32,057 nt of DNA. Origin: a virus (Duplodnaviria > Caudoviricetes). The notes below the pieces were generated by a model. The model had not been told where the DNA came from. It did no database searches and saw nothing but the letters and a program-made list of their open reading frames with translations. The stretch is taken from IMG/VR virus record IMGVR_UViG_3300033076_001246, positions 1 to 32,057 of that record. One strand, 5' to 3'. This document shows positions 27,223-32,057 of the stretch, one piece after another. The number at the start of each line of letters is the position of its first letter. The stretch's first letter is position 1. Both the position numbers and the translations under genes were made by a program.

Positions 27223-27435
27223 ATGGATAAAAAGGATCTAAGGCAATTTGCAGATCTTTTAATTAAGAACGGCTATATATCAAAAGAATATAAATATCGA
27301 TTTACGGAATGTAATTTTGATAAGGGATTGTCAAAATTTGCATACGATATGTGGTGTATTTTGTGCATTTTAGAATGTAAAAATCTTAATATACAAACAA
27401 TATTGCAATTATTGTATCATATTAAGCATGACTAA
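27223..27435 (+). CDS. Hypothetical protein (70 aa)
   Basis: First rightward ORF. Overlaps the next gene by 8 bp. Confidence 0.6.
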   Translation: MDKKDLRQFADLLIKNGYISKEYKYRFTECNFDKGLSKFAYDMWCILCILECKNLNIQTILQLLYHIKHD

Positions 27436-27733
27436 CACTAGGCGAACAAGTTTCGTCTTTTATGAAAGTTTTTATACGTCAATACAATCACTTTCAGAAC
27501 AGGATAGGCTTGCTATTTACGAGACTGTCATTTCATATTCTTTATATGGAGAATATGATTCTACAAAAATGTCAGTAGTAGCATATGCCTTATTCCGAGC
27601 ATTTAAACCTCAAATAGATAAAAATACAATACGTTTTTTAAACGGCCAAAAAGGCGCTTCTTATGGTAAAAAAGGCGCTTCTTATGGTAAAAAAGGAGGA
27701 CGGCCAAAAAAGGATCAGGACAAGCAACATTAA
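27428..27733 (+). CDS. DUF6291-like protein (replication-initiator N-terminal domain), short
   Basis: SFVFYESFY.SIQ.L....RLAIYE..I.YSLYG...F..FKPQID.N..RF.NG.KG...GGRP pattern. Confidence 0.7.
   Translation: MTNTRRTSFVFYESFYTSIQSLSEQDRLAIYETVISYSLYGEYDSTKMSVVAYALFRAFKPQIDKNTIRFLNGQKGASYGKKGASYGKKGGRPKKDQDKQH
27648..27696 (+). repeat. In-frame 21-bp tandem repeat (AAAAAGGCGCTTCTTATGGTA x2 plus 7 bp)
   Basis: Encodes KGASYGK twice. Flanked by ACGGCCAAAAA direct repeats (27642..27652 and 27700..27710). Confidence 0.9.
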
Positions 27734-28380
27734 TTGCATTAACTCTACTAACAAAGCTAACTTCTTCGATCTAAATGTTTAAGGGAAGAAATAACAAGAA
27801 CTGAAGTTTATTTACAATCATGCAACAGTTTATATGCACCCTTGCAGACTAATAAACCCATATATACACATAATAAGAAAGATATAAAGTCTTATTTTGC
27901 CTTGATGTTATTTTTAAAGTGATTTAAGGATACTAAAGAGCGATTATTTATACCAAAATGAATATTTCCTCAAAAAACGCAAAAGAAGCGATAAAAACAG
28001 TCTTTAAATTCTTTTAAATCACATTTTAGACACCTAAGAATTTTTCTTCTCTTCTTTCTAATAAAAAAAGAAATGCTTCCCAAAAAAGCAAATTTCTTTT
28101 TTTAATGTATTAATCGTAGTTTAATAACTCAAGACAATATAACAATATTAATCTAATAATATCTATTATCTATTAGCTTATGCATAGCATAGCTAATAGA
28201 TATTATTAGATATAGATATTAAATGAGTAATGAATACTCATTACTCATTAGGGGGGTTTTTGGGGGGTTTTTATTAAATAATGGACATTCAAATTGTACT
28301 GAAAATTTGTGTACTGTCTATAAAATTATTCTTGACTTTTAGTATTAGAAAAATACCAATTAAAAAATTGTAAAAATGTA
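27734..28380. other. Largest non-coding region; putative replication origin with clustered inverted repeats
   Basis: Inverted repeats at 27919..28022, 28062..28104, 28151..28211 and 28222..28249, then (G6T5)x2 at 28251..28272. Follows the initiator-like gene. Confidence 0.5.
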
Positions 28381-29115
28381 ATGGAAAAATATCATGTTTT
28401 AGATAAAGGGTTTATTTCTGTGGTAGACTCAATGGGTTCTGATGATAGAATTGTTCAAGCCGCTCGTGTTAGTTATGGTGATGGCACAAAAACTAAAAGA
28501 GATGATGAAAAATTAATAAAATATCTCTTAATAAATAATCACTGGTCACCATTTGAACATTGTTTATTAACAATTCATGTAAAATGTCCTTTATTTATTA
28601 GGTCTCAGTGGTTTAGACATAGGAGTTGGTCATTTAATGAAGTATCTGCTAGATATAGTAAGGTTAAAGAAGAGTTTTATATCCCAAGTGAATGTAGAGG
28701 TCAATCTAGTAAGAACAAACAATGCAGTGAGGGAGTAATTAATGAAATTACACATGACTTCTACGATGATCCATTGGATTTGTATATTGCAGCGTGCGAG
28801 GCATCAATTGATACCTATAATAGCTTTATTGAGAGTGGTATTTCTCGTGAAATGGCTAGAGCTATTTTACCGCAAAGTATGTACACTGAATTTTACGCTA
28901 CTGCTAATTTAAGAAGTATATTGCATTTTATTGAATTAAGAAATCATGAGCATGCTCAATATGAAATTCGAGTATATGCACAACAATTAAAAAACATTAT
29001 TGAAAATTGGTGTCCATTGGTACATAATGCGTATGTATTATCTAAATTAACATCAAATTCTACATTATATTCTCCATCACTTGAGCAGTTAAGTAACAAT
29101 AAAAACAATATATGA
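28381..29115 (+). CDS. thyX: FAD-dependent thymidylate synthase
   Basis: AARVSY, HWSPFEH, RHRSWSFNEVSARY signature, REMARAILP, NLRSILHFIELR and HAQYEIR. Confidence 0.97.
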   Translation: MEKYHVLDKGFISVVDSMGSDDRIVQAARVSYGDGTKTKRDDEKLIKYLLINNHWSPFEHCLLTIHVKCPLFIRSQWFRHRSWSFNEVSARYSKVKEEFYIPSECRGQSSKNKQCSEGVINEITHDFYDDPLDLYIAACEASIDTYNSFIESGISREMARAILPQSMYTEFYATANLRSILHFIELRNHEHAQYEIRVYAQQLKNIIENWCPLVHNAYVLSKLTSNSTLYSPSLEQLSNNKNNI

Positions 29116-29366
29116 ATATCACGGAAGTAAATATTGAATTTATAAAACCAAACAACGGACTTATTGCTTTTGCAAGCCTTGTTATTGATGATAATATTTA
29201 TTTATCAAGTATCGCAATTTATACAAAGCTTACTATAGGAGAATATAGAATAACATATCCAAAAAAAGGTGAATTTAATATTTTTCATCCTATTAATAAA
29301 GATGCTTCAAAACAAATTGAACAAGCTATTTTTACTAAATTGAAAGAACTGAAGGAAGAACAATAG
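29112..29366 (+). CDS. SpoVG-like nucleic-acid-binding protein
   Basis: MNITEVNI...LIAFASLVIDD...I.YP...IFHPINK...IEQAI matches the SpoVG pattern. Confidence 0.7.
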   Translation: MNITEVNIEFIKPNNGLIAFASLVIDDNIYLSSIAIYTKLTIGEYRITYPKKGEFNIFHPINKDASKQIEQAIFTKLKELKEEQ

Positions 29367-29371
29367 TGTTT

Positions 29372-29596
29372 ATGAAAGAAGTTACAAAATTAAAATGTGG
29401 TGATATTTTAAATGATAATGAACAACTTAATAAGCCTGTTATTATTCCAGGTTTTTTAAAGTTTTTAGAAATTCAAGCAGAATTGCAATCGAAGCAGGAA
29501 CAAGTCGCTCCGTTGGAAAAACCTGATTTTATTACAAAAAACTTAACTGAACAAAAATCGTTTAATCCAAAGGATTACATCGATATAAAAAAATGA
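29372..29596 (+). CDS. Hypothetical protein
   Basis: Co-oriented ORF. Probable ATG at 29372. Confidence 0.55.
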   Translation: MKEVTKLKCGDILNDNEQLNKPVIIPGFLKFLEIQAELQSKQEQVAPLEKPDFITKNLTEQKSFNPKDYIDIKK

Positions 29597-29614
29597 AAAT
29601 ATAAAAAAATGAAA
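29583..29614. repeat. 16-bp tandem duplication ATATAAAAAAATGAAA x2
   Basis: Read directly. Spans the stop codon of the preceding ORF. Confidence 0.85.
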
Positions 29615-29692
29615 ATTTCACTTTATACTTGATTTTTACATTTATTTTTACATTAATGAAATTAAACAGTAAAAAATCAAATTAAATTTTTC

Positions 29693-30331
29693 ATGCCATT
29701 ATCGCAAGAACAAGTAAGATTGATTAAATATCTATACGAAGAGGAGGGACTGGGAATGCAGATAATCTCAGAACAAGTCAAGATTTCCTCTGCCACCGTC
29801 AAGAAATACGTTGATAAATGGGGATTAGTTCGTGGTAAAACCGAATTACCTAAGCAAACCAAGACTCAGAAAAAGATGTTGGCAGAAGATAAAAAGGAAC
29901 AAAAAGTATTAACAAAGGCACATAATACGCCCTATGTTATGCTTGATAAGCAGTCAACTTACGCACAGGCATTACCAAAACGACAAACATTAGAAAATAA
30001 TGTATTGGAAACGGCCTTAACTATCTGGGAGCGTGTTAACGATATTATCGCGTTAGGGTTTACCCAACATACAAAGTACGATAAGGATGACAATCCTATA
30101 TCATTTGAGGCAAAACTTGGATTGCGCGAATATAAGCTAGCAACCGAGATCATGGAAAAATTAGGGACTCTTGTTGGCATGGGTGTGAAGTTTGATATGA
30201 ATATGCAAGTTTTAATTCAGCAACTGGGTCTTAATAAAAAAGAAGATGCGAACACTGTTTCACCTCAAGTTACTAGTATTCTTGATAGAATATCAAAGCT
30301 TACAGGTGAAGAAATTAAAATTGTTTCATGA
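29693..30331 (+). CDS. Putative terminase small subunit (N-terminal HTH)
   Basis: LIKYLYEEEGLGMQIISEQVKISSATVKKYVDKWG HTH and a helical oligomerisation-like region (LATEIMEKLGTLVGM). Upstream of TerL in the same operon. Confidence 0.55.
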   Translation: MPLSQEQVRLIKYLYEEEGLGMQIISEQVKISSATVKKYVDKWGLVRGKTELPKQTKTQKKMLAEDKKEQKVLTKAHNTPYVMLDKQSTYAQALPKRQTLENNVLETALTIWERVNDIIALGFTQHTKYDKDDNPISFEAKLGLREYKLATEIMEKLGTLVGMGVKFDMNMQVLIQQLGLNKKEDANTVSPQVTSILDRISKLTGEEIKIVS

Positions 30332-30762
30332 TAATAGGTATTGACGCTGGAATAAAGACTGGTATCGCTATCTTTAGCGACCGTCAACTTATAGGGTTAA
30401 AAACCCTCACGCCATATCAAGCGGTATGCTTTTTCCAAGAGAACATTAATAAAATTACCAAAGCGGTGATCGAGTATTCTAAAGGTCAATCTTTTATTTT
30501 TAATAAAAGACATGGAATGAGTGATAAAGTAGTTGGTAAGCTTGGTAGAAATATCGGGCAAGTTGATGGACTATGCGAATTATATATCGAGTGTTTTGAA
30601 AGTAATAAAATTGAAGTGTGTAAACATACGCCTTTAGGTAAGGGTTCAAAATGGAAACAAGAAGACTTTCAGCATTATTTTCCACGATGGAAAAATAGAA
30701 CAAATGAACATGAAAGGGACGCGGCTAAAATAGTTTTTAAATTTTCTCATCAATTATCATGA
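30328..30762 (+). CDS. RuvC-like (RNase H fold) Holliday junction resolvase
   Basis: MIIGIDAG..TGIA, AVIE and NEHERDAA acidic catalytic set. Confidence 0.75.
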   Translation: MIIGIDAGIKTGIAIFSDRQLIGLKTLTPYQAVCFFQENINKITKAVIEYSKGQSFIFNKRHGMSDKVVGKLGRNIGQVDGLCELYIECFESNKIEVCKHTPLGKGSKWKQEDFQHYFPRWKNRTNEHERDAAKIVFKFSHQLS

Positions 30763-31250
30763 TTGTAATTCAATTAGCATTTCCATATCAAGGAGTTTTA
30801 CAACAGATGATTTATCAATACCCTACTCAAAAAATGAAAGATTATTGCTTTAACGGCGTTCTTAACTGGGAAAGTATAGCAAATTTACATTTATTTACAT
30901 CTTGTCAACATAGAATACCTTTAGTGGTATTGTATGAAGGTAATCTTGTAGGTTATTTTAATTTTAGCCGTGAAATATACAATCCTACCTTCGTTTCTAA
31001 TGCAGAAATGATTCTTTTTAACCCCAAAAGAGGAATGCAAGCATTTGATAGAATATGTGAGTTATTGAAAGAATTTGGAGTTAAGTTTATTACCTTTGCT
31101 ACAATTAGTGATAGTGTAGCGGATAAATTATGGCTAAGAAAAAAGAATATCGGGTCTTATTTAGTCAGACATATTGGAACTTTAGAAAGCGCATGTGTTT
31201 CGCTAGATCAGGAAGTAAAGAATAAGAATGTTTTTCAGATTAAATTATAA
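30759..31250 (+). CDS. Divergent GNAT (RimJ/RimL-like) fold protein
   Basis: VVLYEGNLVGYFNF hairpin, GVKFITF strand, ADKLW, and C-terminal HIGTLESACVSLDQEVKN..VFQI. Motif A is degenerate. Confidence 0.5.
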   Translation: MIVIQLAFPYQGVLQQMIYQYPTQKMKDYCFNGVLNWESIANLHLFTSCQHRIPLVVLYEGNLVGYFNFSREIYNPTFVSNAEMILFNPKRGMQAFDRICELLKEFGVKFITFATISDSVADKLWLRKKNIGSYLVRHIGTLESACVSLDQEVKNKNVFQIKL

Positions 31251-31255
31251 TAATT

Positions 31256-31705
31256 ATGGTAAAGGTAACTAATCTTTACGAGGCCAAGAATCATAATGGG
31301 AAGACAAAATATCACCCTGATTACCATACATGTTATACGGTAGGTAGAATGCAACTAGTATACTATATGTACGATAGAGCTTGTGATGGAATGAAGAAAA
31401 ACTTTCCTCATTTAGAATACTATATCGATCAGGAATTTCGCAATCTTGGTATTATGTCGAGAGAATTGCCAAAATATTTAAAGTCACTTGTAAAATATGG
31501 ACATGATGCTATCATTGCAGTGGTTAAAAATGATAATGAGTACGCTCCATATAGTGGTAAGTTATTACTACAAAATGGCTTTGTTTCATTTAATACAGGA
31601 TTGAAGGATCATACAACCTTTCTTTTTCATTCTCAATTGGGAAATGAATTAAAAGTGTTAGCTTCAACTATTGGTAATAATAAGACTTATGTATCACCTT
31701 GCTAA
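31256..31705 (+). CDS. GNAT family (RimJ/RimL-like) N-acetyltransferase
   Basis: LEYYIDQEFRNLGIMS (acetyl-CoA motif A) and IIAVVKNDN....S.KLLLQNGF (motif B). Confidence 0.7.
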   Translation: MVKVTNLYEAKNHNGKTKYHPDYHTCYTVGRMQLVYYMYDRACDGMKKNFPHLEYYIDQEFRNLGIMSRELPKYLKSLVKYGHDAIIAVVKNDNEYAPYSGKLLLQNGFVSFNTGLKDHTTFLFHSQLGNELKVLASTIGNNKTYVSPC

Positions 31706-32057
31706 ACAAGACTGTAATACACTCATAAATCTTACATGTAAGAATAGTTTGTCATTTTTTATTGAGAGAGTATTTTATGATGTGGAACATAATATACCAT
31801 TTATACATGGTAAGCATATTGACGCTATTTGTGATTATCTAGAAGCTCTACGTAATGGAGGTATTTATGGAGTTAATATTGTCATACCACCCAGAAGTTT
31901 AAAAAGCATTATATGTTCTATTGCTTTTCCATTGTTTTTACTAGGCCATGACCCAGCAACGAGAATCTTTGGTGTTTCATATGCGCAGAATATAGCGGAG
32001 GGCTTCTCAATGAGATCAAGAGATATTATGTTAAAAGACTGGTATCGAAGGATGTTC
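31689..32057 (+). CDS. terL: Terminase large subunit, N-terminal part (missed by the ORF track; continues at base 1)
   Basis: ATG at 31689 opens 123 codons with no stop: HIDAICDYLE, Walker A variant PPRSLKS, SIAFP, LGHDP, VSYAQNIA and WYRRMF. Confidence 0.93.
   Translation, partial: MYHLAKQDCNTLINLTCKNSLSFFIERVFYDVEHNIPFIHGKHIDAICDYLEALRNGGIYGVNIVIPPRSLKSIICSIAFPLFLLGHDPATRIFGVSYAQNIAEGFSMRSRDIMLKDWYRRMF

Larger units (their letters stand above)
1..32057. mobile_element. Complete circularly permuted tailed bacteriophage genome (podovirus-like, P22-type tail/ejection module)
   Basis: Head, tail, lysis and early modules are all present. The terminase ORF is continuous in frame across the end/start junction. 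No flanking host genes are visible. Confidence 0.92.

Noticed and set aside
28151-28249. Palindromes as an N15-like telomere resolution site
   Set aside because: No protelomerase or partition genes were recognised, and the stems are short and looped.
27734-28380. CRISPR mini-array or tRNA in the non-coding region
   Set aside because: No regularly spaced direct repeats with spacers and no cloverleaf or T-loop consensus was seen by eye.
353-30703. Short alternative-frame or antisense ORFs in the track (e.g. 353..577, 645..836, 3901..4107, 7892..8104, 14119..14409, 17188..17445, 23524..23802, 24115..24447, 29959..30180, 30500..30703)
   Set aside because: They are shadows of longer genes with clear motifs and have no independent motifs or lipobox.
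1-32057. Stop-codon reassignment
   Set aside because: The standard code gives dense, full-length genes, and TAA, TAG and TGA all end genes at sensible boundaries.

Overview
This window looks like a complete, circularly permuted ~32 kb AT-rich dsDNA tailed-phage genome. The large terminase ORF starts at 31689, runs off the right end and continues in frame from position 1 (...WYRRMF|PSTIL...). The architecture is podovirus-like, with P22-type tail and ejection genes. In order on the + strand: TerL, portal, GroES, scaffold, capsid and decoration genes, gp4-like adaptor, gp10-like hub, an inserted divergent orphan/XRE cassette, a needle-position protein, three ejection proteins, tail fibre and chaperone, and an extended envelope/lysis cluster (permuted NlpC/P60, TM plus GAF-like protein, beta-barrel-like protein, holin, GH24 endolysin). 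A leftward early block follows (XRE, second membrane-anchored GH24 lysozyme, Sak4-like ATPase, PD-(D/E)XK nuclease, secreted NPYG-repeat protein). Then a rightward block: DUF6291-like initiator fragment, a hairpin-rich non-coding region, ThyX, SpoVG-like protein, putative TerS, RuvC-like resolvase and two GNAT-like acetyltransferases. I recognised no integrase, polymerase, helicase, tRNA or CRISPR array. Most notable are the tandem GNAT pair inside the packaging module, two divergent control regions sharing an identical 19-bp element and paralogous XRE proteins, and the large set of envelope-targeted genes. All calls come from motif reading and synteny; no database searches were run.
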